A DNA stretch of 64,000 nt from Candidatus Saccharimonadia bacterium (GTDB lineage: Bacteria; Patescibacteriota; Saccharimonadia; UBA4664). The notes beneath the pieces are model-generated. The model did no database searches, had not been told where the DNA came from, and saw only the letters and a list, made by a program, of their open reading frames with translations. The DNA is taken from the NCBI GenBank assembly GCA_035544015.1, contig DATKIP010000093.1:1156-65155 (forward strand), in the 5' to 3' direction. Of this stretch, positions 34,991 to 45,040 are shown one piece after another. The position numbers were made by a program, and so were the translations under genes. How positions within the stretch are numbered: the first letter of the stretch is position 1; each line of letters starts with the position of its first letter.

Positions 34991-37900
34991 ATGGAGTTAC
35001 GCCGCCGGCTTCGCATAGGGAGAATCATTCTCCTGAGCACAGCGGCTCAGCTCGTAGCGACTATTTTTGGCGTCTCCGCAATTTTGGCGCCCATGCCGGT
35101 ACAATCCGCCCAAACCGTTCCCTACATGGTGAACTTCCAGGGCCGCCTCACCGACAATTCCGGCAACATCTTGAGCGACGGCCTATACAACGTCAAATTT
35201 CGCCTCTGGACCCTGGCTTCGGGCGGTACCAACGCCTGGGAAGCCGACCGAGTGCGCGGCGCCTCCGACCACCGCATCCAGATCACAAATGGCCTCTTCA
35301 ACATCCAATTTGGCGACACTACGCTCGGCGATCCCGCGCTTGGCCCCACGCTGTTTAGCAGCGGCACCTACCCCCTGTATCTGGAGGTTGAGCTACCCAC
35401 TCCCGCCACCGCCACCTGCTCCACCAACGGCTGTGCGAGCTTCACCGAAGGCGCCATGACCCCGCGCCAGCCGCTCGCCTCCACGCCCTACGCCTTCAGC
35501 GCCGACACCCTCGACGGCCTCGATTCGGCCGCTTTTGGCCAGCTCTCGGCCAGTAACACCTTCACCAGCGCCAATATTTTTAGCCCCAGCTCCGGTGTCG
35601 CCATCACGATCAAACCCGCCGCCGCCACTCACTCGCTCGACGTCAAAGACTCAAGCAATGTAATCCAAGCCTACTTCGATGCCAGTGGTATTCTCAATGT
35701 TGGGCAAACCATTCAGGCCACCACCTCTACCGTCGATCTGGGGACGAGCGGCTCCACCTTCCGTACCGGGTACTTTGGCACGAGCGTCCAAACCCCCACG
35801 CTCAACGCCGCTACTTCCGGCGCCACCATCACCACCAACGCTGGCACCTTGCAGCGCACCTCCTCCGGCGGCCTCACTATCGATCTCAAAGACGCCGGCG
35901 CCACCACACTCACCGTCACCAACTCGGGCGGGGGAGTGGCAGGCATCAGTGCCACCGGCGGCCTCACCATCGGCACCGGCAGGGTCATCACTGTGGGCGC
36001 CACCGCCGGCACCGGCGTTACCTGCAGCTCTGGCCAAATCCTCGACGCCATCACCGTCGCCGGCGGTGTCGTCACTGGCGGCAGCTGCATCGCGGCCGGC
36101 GGCGGCGACAAATTCCTCGCCGCCTGGACCTCACAGCAGGCTACCACCGCCACCAACACCCAGACCACGGTGCAGTTCACCGGCGCCGCCAACTCCGCAC
36201 CGAGCTTCAATAATGGCACGCACGTGCTCACCCTGCCCTCGAATGCCTCCCGGCTACTCATAGAATCCAAGGCCGGCGGCGGTGGTGGTGGCTCAGTGGG
36301 CACCACGAGCGCCGTGAAGGCGGCCGGTGGTGGCGGCGAAGGCGGCTTGTCGCAGCTATTCGTCGGCGGCAGCCTGGCTGCCAACTATTATTTCAAAGTT
36401 GGCGGCGGCGGCGCGGGCGGCGCCTCAGGCGGCACCAACACCGGCACCACCGGGAGCTCCAGCTGCCTCGGCACCAACTCCGGCGACGCCTGCACCACGC
36501 CGGCGGTCAACGCGGTCGGCGGCACCGGCGGCACTGGGGTCACCACCGCCGTGCCCGCCACCGGCGGCGCGGGCGGAGCGGCCGGCTCGGGCGCCGGCGA
36601 CGTGAAGCTCTCCGGCGCGCCCGGCTGCACCAGCACCGCCACCGCCACCACGGCCATCGTCAGCGGCTGCGGTGGCGGCCAAGGCGGCGGCGCCAGCCAG
36701 GCCGGAGCCGCCGCTGCCGCAAACGGCATCGCCGGCACCTCGGGCGGCGGCGGGAGCGGCGGCATCCAGGGCACCGCCGCGGTCACCTCGCGCGCCGGCG
36801 GCAACGGCGGCGACGGCTACGTGAAGATCTCCGTCTACGTCACGGTCGCCGGCACCGGCAACCCCGCCACGCTCCAGTCCGCCTACGACAACGCCACCAA
36901 CCCCGAAATCACCCTCTCTGGCAACGGCCTCACCGTTCGCGACTCGTCCGGGGGGCTGGGCAGCAACCTGTTTGAGGTCCAGGACAACGCTGGCGCCACC
37001 ACCTATCTTGGCGTCACCACCTCCGGCATCACCACCAGCGGCACCGTCACCGCCAGCACTACCGGCACCATCAACGGCCTGTCCGTGAGCGCCGGCGCGC
37101 TTAGCGGCATCACCGGCTACACCCAAGCCTCGGGCACGTTTAGCCAAACCTACGCCACCGCCACCGCCGGCACCTCCGGCCAAGTTCTTGGCTTCTCCAA
37201 CACCAATGCCGGCGCGGGCGTCACCGTCCAGGGCACCAAAATCACCCCCAGCAACGCCACCCCCGGGTCCGGCACCAACACCCTCAACGTCCTCGACTTC
37301 GCCGCCGGCAACTCGCTTGGTGCCGGCGCGCTCACCAACGGCATCAACTTCGAATCCGCCACCGGCTACACCGCGTTCATCAACACCCCCACCTACAAGC
37401 TCGAATCCGACGGCGACCAAACCGCCGCCTTCACCGCCCTCGACGGCACCTCCACCGCCAACGGCGCCGGCACCAACGCCACCACCCTCATCCTCACTTC
37501 GGCCGCCAACTTCGACATCGGCAATTACGTGCAGGTCAACTCGGCCAACTGCGGCGGCACCGGCGTCAACCCGTGCTATGCCAAAATCACGGCCAAAGCC
37601 ACCAACACGCTCACCATCACCCCCGCGCTCACCTGGGCCAACGCCGCCGTCGTGAATGAATACCACCTGCCCGAAATCGGCGGCACCGACACCGCCCAAA
37701 CCCTCGCAGGCCGCTACGGCCGCGGCTACTTCATCGCCGGTGTCGCTACCGGCAACGGCACCACCTATTACAATGAGGACTCCATCGACTCCAGCCTCAC
37801 CTCGTTCAACCTGCTCACCTCGAACGTCACCACGCTCAATATCGGCACCGCCGCCACTACACTTGCCATTGGCTCGGCCAGCACCAGCGTCAGCGTTCCC

Positions 37901-39934
37901 GGTACGTTCACGGTTGCCGGCCAGTCCATCGTCAACGGTTCCGGCCAAATCAACGGAGCCCAAATCCAATCCGGCACCATCGCCAACGCCGCGCTCGCAA
38001 GCCCCAGCCTCACCGTCGCCGCCGGCACCGGGCTGAGCGGCGGCGGCAGCGTGGCGCTCGGTGCCGGCACTAGCCTCGCGGTGGTGTACGGCAGCTCGAG
38101 TACCTCGGCCGTCCGCGGCGACACCGCGCTCACGTGCCCGAGCGGCTCGGGCAACCTCTCGGGCGGCGGCACCGCCATTACGCTCGGTACCGGCGGCACG
38201 TGCGGCGCCATTACCATCTCAAATGCCCCCACCTTCACCACCAGCGTCACGAGCCCCACTATCAACGCTACCTCCGGTTTCCAGGCCAACGGCACCCCCG
38301 CGGTCGGCAGCACCTGCGGCGCCGGCGCGGCGATCACCGGCGCCACCTTCACCACCGGCATCCTCACGTCGGCCGGCACCTGCACCACCTTCCAGACCGC
38401 CGGCAGCTACCTCGTGCAAGCCCCGGCCTCTTCGGCCGCCAATACCGTCACCGCGCCCACCGGCGTGGTGGGCCTGAGCGTCAAAGGCACCACTGGCACC
38501 GCTGCGCACCTCCTAGATGTCTACAACTCGGCGGTCAGCCCCACCGTTCAATCGTTCTTCGATCTAAACGGCGCATTCAACACCGCCCAGGCCATCGTTG
38601 CCCCCACCAGCACCAACTCCATCAACGGCCTTGTCATCAACGCCGGTGCGCTCACCAGCGTCGGCAACATTACCGGCGCCGGCGCCGTCACGCTCCAGTC
38701 GGCTGCCGCCACAGCGCTCACCATCGATTCCGGCACCACCGGCGCCATCAACATCGGCACCGGCACCACGTCGGCCAAAACCATCACCATCGGCCCTAGC
38801 GCCACTAACACCAACGCCACCACCTACAACCTCGGCGTCAATACCGCCGGCACCCAAGACATCAACATCGGTTCCGCCGGCTCCGGTGACGCCGCCGCCG
38901 GCACTACCGTGAGCATCCAGGCCGGCACCACTGCCGGCACCGCGCTTATGCTCGGCACCAACGGCGCCGGCGGCATCACCATCGATTCCGGCACCACCGG
39001 CGCCATCAACATCGGCACCGGCGCCAATGCCAAAACACTCACGCTCGGCAACACCACCACCACGGCCGTCACCAACATCCTCGGCGGCGCCACCGGCGCT
39101 ATCAACATTGGTACCGTGGGCAGCGCGGCCACCGCCTCGGCGGTCCACGTCGCCGACACCAGCGGCAATGCCGTCCAAGGCGTCACCATCGGCTCCATCG
39201 GCAGCACCAGCAGCGCCACCACGCTCCAGGCCGGCGGCACGCTCACGCTCAAGGGCGCCAGCTCCTCCGCCACCGCCGTCCAGATCCAAACCGCCGCCGG
39301 CACCAACCTGCTCGTCTTCGACACCAGCGCCAGCCGCCTCACCGTCGGCGTGGTCGACGGTACCGGCACCTTGCTCGTCTTCGACTCCAAAAACACCACC
39401 GGCGACCCCACCGGCGTGGGCGGCGGCGAATACTACAACTCCAACAACAACAAATTCCGCTGTTTCCAAAACAGTGTTTGGCAAGATTGCATCTCCCACA
39501 CCGTCCTGCGGCTCGCCGCCGACGTCATCAACAACAACGCCACCGCCAACACCATGGCCGACGTCACCGGCCTCACGTGGAGCGTCACCTCCGGCACCCT
39601 CTACACCTTCAGCTGCACCATCTCGTACACCGCCGCTGCCACCACCACCGGGTCGAGGTGGTCCATCAACGGCCCGGCCACCCCAACCGCGCTGTTTTAC
39701 AAATCCCAATACTCACTCACTACAACCACCTACACCACCAACGACCCCGTAAACGCCTACGACAGCCCGGCCGCCTCCAGCGCCTCCTCGGCCGCCATCA
39801 CGGGCAACAACATCGCTACGGTCAGCGGGTTCATCCGCCCGTCCGCCAACGGCACCGTAGCACTGCGATTTGCCTCCGAGGTGTCGAGCTCGGCCATTAC
39901 CGCCAAAGCCGGCAGTACCTGCGAATACTGGTAG
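34991..39934 (+). CDS. giant Gly/Thr/Ala/Ser-rich secreted protein (1648 aa) with beta-helix-like internal repeats
   Basis: N-terminal signal-like segment. Repeated modules of roughly 80 aa (ITIDSGTTGAINIGTG occurs 3 times). C-terminal roughly 170-aa Cys-containing domain ending STCEYW. Confidence 0.65.
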   Translation: MELRRRLRIGRIILLSTAAQLVATIFGVSAILAPMPVQSAQTVPYMVNFQGRLTDNSGNILSDGLYNVKFRLWTLASGGTNAWEADRVRGASDHRIQITNGLFNIQFGDTTLGDPALGPTLFSSGTYPLYLEVELPTPATATCSTNGCASFTEGAMTPRQPLASTPYAFSADTLDGLDSAAFGQLSASNTFTSANIFSPSSGVAITIKPAAATHSLDVKDSSNVIQAYFDASGILNVGQTIQATTSTVDLGTSGSTFRTGYFGTSVQTPTLNAATSGATITTNAGTLQRTSSGGLTIDLKDAGATTLTVTNSGGGVAGISATGGLTIGTGRVITVGATAGTGVTCSSGQILDAITVAGGVVTGGSCIAAGGGDKFLAAWTSQQATTATNTQTTVQFTGAANSAPSFNNGTHVLTLPSNASRLLIESKAGGGGGGSVGTTSAVKAAGGGGEGGLSQLFVGGSLAANYYFKVGGGGAGGASGGTNTGTTGSSSCLGTNSGDACTTPAVNAVGGTGGTGVTTAVPATGGAGGAAGSGAGDVKLSGAPGCTSTATATTAIVSGCGGGQGGGASQAGAAAAANGIAGTSGGGGSGGIQGTAAVTSRAGGNGGDGYVKISVYVTVAGTGNPATLQSAYDNATNPEITLSGNGLTVRDSSGGLGSNLFEVQDNAGATTYLGVTTSGITTSGTVTASTTGTINGLSVSAGALSGITGYTQASGTFSQTYATATAGTSGQVLGFSNTNAGAGVTVQGTKITPSNATPGSGTNTLNVLDFAAGNSLGAGALTNGINFESATGYTAFINTPTYKLESDGDQTAAFTALDGTSTANGAGTNATTLILTSAANFDIGNYVQVNSANCGGTGVNPCYAKITAKATNTLTITPALTWANAAVVNEYHLPEIGGTDTAQTLAGRYGRGYFIAGVATGNGTTYYNEDSIDSSLTSFNLLTSNVTTLNIGTAATTLAIGSASTSVSVPGTFTVAGQSIVNGSGQINGAQIQSGTIANAALASPSLTVAAGTGLSGGGSVALGAGTSLAVVYGSSSTSAVRGDTALTCPSGSGNLSGGGTAITLGTGGTCGAITISNAPTFTTSVTSPTINATSGFQANGTPAVGSTCGAGAAITGATFTTGILTSAGTCTTFQTAGSYLVQAPASSAANTVTAPTGVVGLSVKGTTGTAAHLLDVYNSAVSPTVQSFFDLNGAFNTAQAIVAPTSTNSINGLVINAGALTSVGNITGAGAVTLQSAAATALTIDSGTTGAINIGTGTTSAKTITIGPSATNTNATTYNLGVNTAGTQDINIGSAGSGDAAAGTTVSIQAGTTAGTALMLGTNGAGGITIDSGTTGAINIGTGANAKTLTLGNTTTTAVTNILGGATGAINIGTVGSAATASAVHVADTSGNAVQGVTIGSIGSTSSATTLQAGGTLTLKGASSSATAVQIQTAAGTNLLVFDTSASRLTVGVVDGTGTLLVFDSKNTTGDPTGVGGGEYYNSNNNKFRCFQNSVWQDCISHTVLRLAADVINNNATANTMADVTGLTWSVTSGTLYTFSCTISYTAAATTTGSRWSINGPATPTALFYKSQYSLTTTTYTTNDPVNAYDSPAASSASSAAITGNNIATVSGFIRPSANGTVALRFASEVSSSAITAKAGSTCEYW

Positions 39935-39944
39935 GCCAGGCTCC

Positions 39945-40898
39945 TTAGCGCGCAGTCGATACCGAGCTATAGCTCGTTACCCAGTCGTAAATCTGCTTCG
40001 AGGTGTCGGCCATTTTTTGGCTTACCATTGCGTCATCGCCTTGCATCATCACGCACAGCAAATACGGCCGCTTCGGCACATAAAAAATACCACAATCACT
40101 ATGCACATTGGCCGGGTTAAATACCCCAATCTTGTGGGCTACCGTCACGTCCTTGGGGGTATATTTCGTGATCCGGCCAGTGAACGCAGTTTTTGACATC
40201 AGCGCCAAAATCGCCTGCGAACTATCGGGTTTGAGGTAGCACGACAAATACAAGCACTTCAGGATCGAAGAATACCCCCGCGAGCTAATCACCGCGTCGC
40301 CGGTCTTCGTGGTGTCGTGGTCGATGTCGAGCGCCGGGAGCGATTGCTCGTTGGCCGCCAGCATGCCCCGCGTCAGGCGGTTAATCAGCCGCGCGGCCGT
40401 ATTGTCGGATTGCGTGAGGGCCAAGTTGGCCGCCTCTTGCAGCGTCAGCGAGCCGCCCGCACCCTTTTTGTACAAATCGCCAAACGAGGCATCAAGGTCA
40501 TCGGCGGTTAGCTGCGCCGTGTCGCCCAGATGAATCCGGCCCAGCTCGACCGCGTGATACAGATCCATCACGAGCGGCAGCTTCACGAGCGACGCCGCGA
40601 TCAGCTCGCTTTCACCATTAATACGGATCGTCGTGCCCGTCGGCAAGTACTCAAAATAAAAACTAAACGGCTCCGTCTCGGTCCCAAATCGCTCGCGCAG
40701 CGCCGCCCGCAGCGAGGTGAAATTGATGATGGTGTCGTTGGGATTATCGGCAAACACCCGCCGCGCGAGCAGAGGATGCTGCGCCGATTCGCTCACCGTC
40801 TGAGCATTGTTCACCCCCACCATCGCCGCCCAGGCATACCCCAGGCCCAATATCGACAGCCCCACAACCCCCAGTAGCACATAACGTCGGTATTTCAT
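39945..40898 (-). CDS. serine hydrolase, class-A beta-lactamase / PBP-like
   Basis: Signal peptide. SxxK (ASLVK), SDN (TQSDNTAA) and K-x-G (AHKIG) motifs in the canonical order. The track ORF start is TTG 40931. Confidence 0.6.
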   Translation of the reverse strand: MKYRRYVLLGVVGLSILGLGYAWAAMVGVNNAQTVSESAQHPLLARRVFADNPNDTIINFTSLRAALRERFGTETEPFSFYFEYLPTGTTIRINGESELIAASLVKLPLVMDLYHAVELGRIHLGDTAQLTADDLDASFGDLYKKGAGGSLTLQEAANLALTQSDNTAARLINRLTRGMLAANEQSLPALDIDHDTTKTGDAVISSRGYSSILKCLYLSCYLKPDSSQAILALMSKTAFTGRITKYTPKDVTVAHKIGVFNPANVHSDCGIFYVPKRPYLLCVMMQGDDAMVSQKMADTSKQIYDWVTSYSSVSTAR

Positions 40899-41017
40899 GT
40901 CATCCCATGATAGCCCATTCGAGAGCCTCAATCCAGATGGTAGCCTTGAAAAACCCCGCCCTCTCGTGTATTATTTGCCAGTACCTTTTCCGATCAAGCA
41001 TAATGAAACTCGGTCGT

Positions 41018-41093
41018 GGCGAGATAGCTCAGTTGGTAGAGCAGTGGCCTGAAGAGCCTCGTGTCCTCGGTTCGAGTCCGAGTCTCGCCACCA
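41018..41093 (+). tRNA. tRNA-Phe (anticodon GAA)
   Basis: Anticodon loop CTGAAGA. The anticodon stem GTGGC/GCCTC has one U-U mismatch. T-loop TTCGAGT, CCA encoded. Confidence 0.8.
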
Positions 41094-41100
41094 TATATAT

Positions 41101-41176
41101 GCGGGTGTAGCTCAGTTGATAGAGCGCCTCCTTGCCAAGGAGGAGGTCCAGGGTTTGAGTCCCTGTACCCGCACCA
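41101..41176 (+). tRNA. tRNA-Gly (anticodon GCC)
   Basis: Anticodon stem CCTCC/GGAGG with loop TTGCCAA, T-loop TTTGAGT. Lies 7 nt after tRNA-Phe. Confidence 0.85.
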
Positions 41177-41178
41177 AA

Positions 41179-41214
41179 AGAAACACACCTTCCGCCGAAG
41201 GTGTGTTTCTTTGT
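41179..41214 (+). terminator. Rho-independent terminator of the tRNA-Phe/Gly operon
   Basis: AGAAACACACCTTC-CGCC-GAAGGTGTGTTTCT followed by TTGTG. Confidence 0.6.
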
Positions 41215-41291
41215 GTATCACCCTATGGGGATGAACTTTCTTCTCGCAGTGAGGCACGTTCTCGCGGCTTCATTCTGCTACTATAAAACGC

Positions 41292-41948
41292 ATGACCCAA
41301 GCAGAAATCATCCTCAAAACCCAAGCCTTTTTGAAAGACAAATTTAGCACCGAAAGTTCCGGCCATGATTACTGGCACATGTACCGTACTTGGAAGGTTG
41401 CCAAGCACATTGCCGCGAGTGAGCCGGATGCGGACATGGTTACTGTTGAGCTGGCTGCCCTCCTGCACGATATTGCCGACTGGAAATTCCATGATGGTGA
41501 CGAAGAAGCTGGCCCGCGAGCAGCGCGGAAGTGGCTCGAGAGCTTGGAGGTGAGCAATGATATCATCGAGCACGTTCAAGACATTATCCGCAATGTATCG
41601 TTTAAAGGCGCAAATGTTGAGACGAAGCTTAATACAATTGAAGGCAAAATTGTCCATGATGCCGACAAGCTTGATGCCATTGGCGCAATCGGCATCGGCC
41701 GGACGTTTGCGTATGGCGGTGCGAAAGGTCGACCCATGCATGATCCAAACCAAGCTGCGGAACAACATAACACGTTCGAGGCTTACAAAAACAGCAATAG
41801 TCCAACCATTAATCATTTTTACGAAAAGCTCCTCCTCCTGAAAGATCGCATGTTTACCAAAACCGGCAAAGAACTGGCCAGGCACCGTCATGAAGTTATG
41901 GAGCAATTCTTGAAGGAGTTTCTCGAAGAATGGGAAGGCAAGGGCTGA
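41292..41948 (+). CDS. HD-domain metal-dependent phosphohydrolase
   Basis: HDYWH...LLHDIADWKF...HDADKLDAIGA motifs. Confidence 0.7.
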   Translation: MTQAEIILKTQAFLKDKFSTESSGHDYWHMYRTWKVAKHIAASEPDADMVTVELAALLHDIADWKFHDGDEEAGPRAARKWLESLEVSNDIIEHVQDIIRNVSFKGANVETKLNTIEGKIVHDADKLDAIGAIGIGRTFAYGGAKGRPMHDPNQAAEQHNTFEAYKNSNSPTINHFYEKLLLLKDRMFTKTGKELARHRHEVMEQFLKEFLEEWEGKG

Positions 41949-42015
41949 ACTCTGGTCCATTGGGCTCTATTATCCAATTTTGCTATGATGAAATGCAGCA
42001 ATAGGAGGGTGGGCC

Positions 42016-42618
42016 ATGAGAAAATTAATTGTCCAAGAATTTATCACCTTAGATGGCATCATGCAGGCACCGGGCGGACCCGACGAAGACACAGCCAGCG
42101 GTTTCAAATACGGCGGCTGGACCGCACCGTATTTTCGCGAAGCCGACGATGCGGCCGGCGAGTTCATGGCGGAATGGATGCGGTCGACCGATATTCTGCT
42201 GGGCCGAAAGACGTATGATATCTTTGCTGCCTACTGGCCCAAACACGCCGATATGTGGCCCGGAATCAATGACGTTACGAAATACGTTATGAGCACTACT
42301 AAGACCAAGTCAGACTGGCAAAACACCGTGTTTCTGAAGAGCGTCGATGATCTCAAGCAGTTGAAGACTGGCGAAGGCTCTGATATCAAAGTCCACGGGA
42401 GCGGCAACCTGGCCCAGACGCTATTCAAGCATGATTTGGTCGATGAGCTGCATCTCATAACATACCCGATCACGCTCGGTACGGGCAAGCACTTGTTTGA
42501 TAAGGGCGCGATTGCCGCGGCCTTCACGCTGATGGACAGCCACGTGGCACCCAACGGCGTAATTTTCGCGAGCTACAGGCGCGCGGGTGAAGTTAAGACA
42601 GGTATTGTCGGAGCTTGA
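42016..42618 (+). CDS. dihydrofolate reductase family protein (RibD C-terminal domain)
   Basis: KLIVQEFITLDGIMQAPGGPDED...VHGSGNLAQTL...LHLITYPITLGTGKHLF. Confidence 0.75.
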   Translation: MRKLIVQEFITLDGIMQAPGGPDEDTASGFKYGGWTAPYFREADDAAGEFMAEWMRSTDILLGRKTYDIFAAYWPKHADMWPGINDVTKYVMSTTKTKSDWQNTVFLKSVDDLKQLKTGEGSDIKVHGSGNLAQTLFKHDLVDELHLITYPITLGTGKHLFDKGAIAAAFTLMDSHVAPNGVIFASYRRAGEVKTGIVGA

Positions 42619-42686
42619 GGGGGACTATAAATCGTATATGAGTATATAAAGCCAAAGTCCCAAGGCGGACCCATAGACCGAATATT

Positions 42687-42824
42687 ATGGCAAAATTAAT
42701 ATACCTGATGACGACGTCGCTAGACGGCTATGCCGATAAAAATGGCAATTTTGATTGGGCGATGCCCAGTGAAGAAGTCCGCGCTTTCGTAAATGAGATT
42801 GTCCGGCTACAAAAGGTCTGGTGA
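42687..42824 (+). pseudogene. 45-codon remnant of a second RibD_C/DHFR-family gene
   Basis: MAKLIYLMTTSLDGYADKNGNFDWAMPSEEV... parallels the N-terminus of the 42016 gene and then stops. Coordinates approximate. Confidence 0.35.
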
Positions 42825-42912
42825 CATAAAAACCGGTTCATTTGTCTAAGACGCGAGTCTAAAGTTTGTAGTGTGATGGTCTACGATCAACAACCCTGTT
42901 AAAATAGGGTTT

Positions 42913-45030
42913 ATGAAGAACGCATCCATGCGTACGCTCCGCATCATTTTTGCCCTCGGTCTGCTGACCGTACTGGCCCTGCCCAACGGCAGGACCTCTA
43001 TATTCGCGGCTCACGAAAGCGTGGCAGAACACGATGACGACGGTGCTGAACATGCCGCAAATGACCTCGCAAGCACGCCAATCAGCGAGATTGAGCTCAG
43101 AACCGCGCAAAACAAGGGGCAAGTTATACGCGAGACGGGGGTTGAGCCAGGTGCGGCTAGGTCCACAAAGGTGGGCGCCAGCGAGCCTACCTTTTCCGCC
43201 GCGGCTGTGAGCGCAGATCCCGGGCAATCCGGGCAATGGAGTTCGGTGTTTGGAACGGAAGTTATGCCGGTGTTTGAGGCAGTATTACCCAACGGCAAGG
43301 TCTTGATGTGGGACTCAGTCGGCGACAACGCCGCCGAGACGTATCCGGATCAGAGTTTTACGCGGGCGATGGTCTGGGACCCAACCAACAACTCGTTTAG
43401 GCGCGTGGATCTTCAAGGCTACAATATTTTCTGCGCCGGTTTCGCCCATCTCCCGAACGGCAATGTGCTCGTCGCCGGTGGCAACGCCAATCAGGCCCTA
43501 GCCGGCATCGTGCAAACCCACATCTTCGATTGGCAAACCGAGACCTGGACTCGTGGTGCCGACATGGCAAGCGGACGCTGGTATCCGTCGGTGGCGACAA
43601 TGGCCAACGGCGAACACGTGATTGTCGGTGGTGGACCAGCAATCGCCGAGGTTTACCAAACGAACGGAGCGATACGGGCCCTCACAGGCTTTACCAATGC
43701 GACCTACGGCGGCCGCGCCTATCCGTTTATGATGTCCCGGCCAGACACCCAGCTCGGTCTCTTTGGGCCCTACGACGCCATCTATACCCTCATTACTTCC
43801 GGAAACGGAGCCATCACGGGCACGGGCGCCCGCGACGGCAAGTTTCGCGACTACGGAAGTTTCGCGACCTACGACATCGGCAAATCACTCGTAGTAGGCG
43901 GCGGCAAGCTGACGGAGGGCGGGGTCGCGAATGTCCCCACAAAGACCGCCGTTGTCGTAAACAGCAATGCCGGACTTGTGCCGACCACTACCGCTACCGG
44001 TTCTATGTCGACCGGACGACGGCAGTTCAACGCCACCGTGCTCGCCGACGGTTCGGTATTGGCGACTGGCGGCCTCACCAGTGGCGCGCCTAATGTTGAC
44101 TTGAATCACGCCATCACATCGGCCGAACGCTGGGACCCCGCGACGGGTGCTTGGAAAGTGCTCGCTAGCGCCAGTCGCATTCGGCAATACCACTCGACCG
44201 CGGCTCTGCTGCCCGACGGCCGAGTCATGACGGGCGGGGGAGGTATCTGCGGCCCGTGTATGGACGTCGGCTATCTCGAAAAGAACATTGAATACTTCAC
44301 GCCGCCGTATCTGTACAAGAAAGACGGAAGCGGCCAACTCGCACCACGACCGGTGATCCAGACGGCACCAACAGCTATCGGCGTTAACACCAACTTCTCC
44401 GTCTCATTCAGCGGGGCTACAAGCATCCAGAAGGTTGGACTCATCGGGCTAAGTGACGTCACTCACGACGTAAATCAAGGACAGCGGTATGTGCCACTGA
44501 GGTTCCAGGTCTCGGGCACAACCTTAACCGTCACCGGTCCACCAAACAGTGGAGTAGCCCCTCCGGGGTATTACCTGCTCTTTATCACCGATTCTGCCGG
44601 CGTTCCATCAGTTGCGAAGATCCTCCAAGTTGCTGGGGGACCAACGCCATTGATGAGTCCCGTGAAGAACACCGGGGCCGGACGCTGTGTCGACATCCCC
44701 GCTTCGGCTCTTGCGATCCGCACCTACACTCAGACATACGCCTGCAACAACACGAAAGCGCAAGCACTGACCCGGCTGCCGAATGACAACACGCTGCGCG
44801 TACTTGGCAACTGCATCGACATTCCGGGGTCCAACTTTGTTTCCGGTCAGAAGATTTGGACATACACCTGCAACGGCACCAGCGCGCAAGCCTGGCAATT
44901 CGGCGCCGACGGCACGATACGGCCTATCGCAAAAACTACGCTGTGCCTTGCCACCGCCTCGACCGCCAATAATGCCGCCATATCGGTCGCCACGTGTAAC
45001 GGCAGCACCCTCCAGAAGTGGACCTGGTAG
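42913..45030 (+). CDS. secreted galactose-oxidase/glyoxal-oxidase-like protein (kelch beta-propeller plus DUF1929) with C-terminal ricin-B lectin domain
   Basis: Signal peptide. YHSTAALLPDGRVMTGGGG and GYYLLFITDSAGVPS regions typical of galactose oxidase. The C-terminal beta-trefoil carries QxW motifs (AQAWQF, LQKWTW). Confidence 0.75.
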   Translation: MKNASMRTLRIIFALGLLTVLALPNGRTSIFAAHESVAEHDDDGAEHAANDLASTPISEIELRTAQNKGQVIRETGVEPGAARSTKVGASEPTFSAAAVSADPGQSGQWSSVFGTEVMPVFEAVLPNGKVLMWDSVGDNAAETYPDQSFTRAMVWDPTNNSFRRVDLQGYNIFCAGFAHLPNGNVLVAGGNANQALAGIVQTHIFDWQTETWTRGADMASGRWYPSVATMANGEHVIVGGGPAIAEVYQTNGAIRALTGFTNATYGGRAYPFMMSRPDTQLGLFGPYDAIYTLITSGNGAITGTGARDGKFRDYGSFATYDIGKSLVVGGGKLTEGGVANVPTKTAVVVNSNAGLVPTTTATGSMSTGRRQFNATVLADGSVLATGGLTSGAPNVDLNHAITSAERWDPATGAWKVLASASRIRQYHSTAALLPDGRVMTGGGGICGPCMDVGYLEKNIEYFTPPYLYKKDGSGQLAPRPVIQTAPTAIGVNTNFSVSFSGATSIQKVGLIGLSDVTHDVNQGQRYVPLRFQVSGTTLTVTGPPNSGVAPPGYYLLFITDSAGVPSVAKILQVAGGPTPLMSPVKNTGAGRCVDIPASALAIRTYTQTYACNNTKAQALTRLPNDNTLRVLGNCIDIPGSNFVSGQKIWTYTCNGTSAQAWQFGADGTIRPIAKTTLCLATASTANNAAISVATCNGSTLQKWTW

Positions 45031-45040
45031 GCTCGTCTCG

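Noticed and set aside
36425-39709. Long minus-strand ORFs (36425..37969, 38564..39709, 38824..39411) and off-frame plus-strand ORFs within the giant protein gene
   Set aside because: Gly/Ala/Arg-rich nonsense proteins; artefacts of high GC and repeat content.
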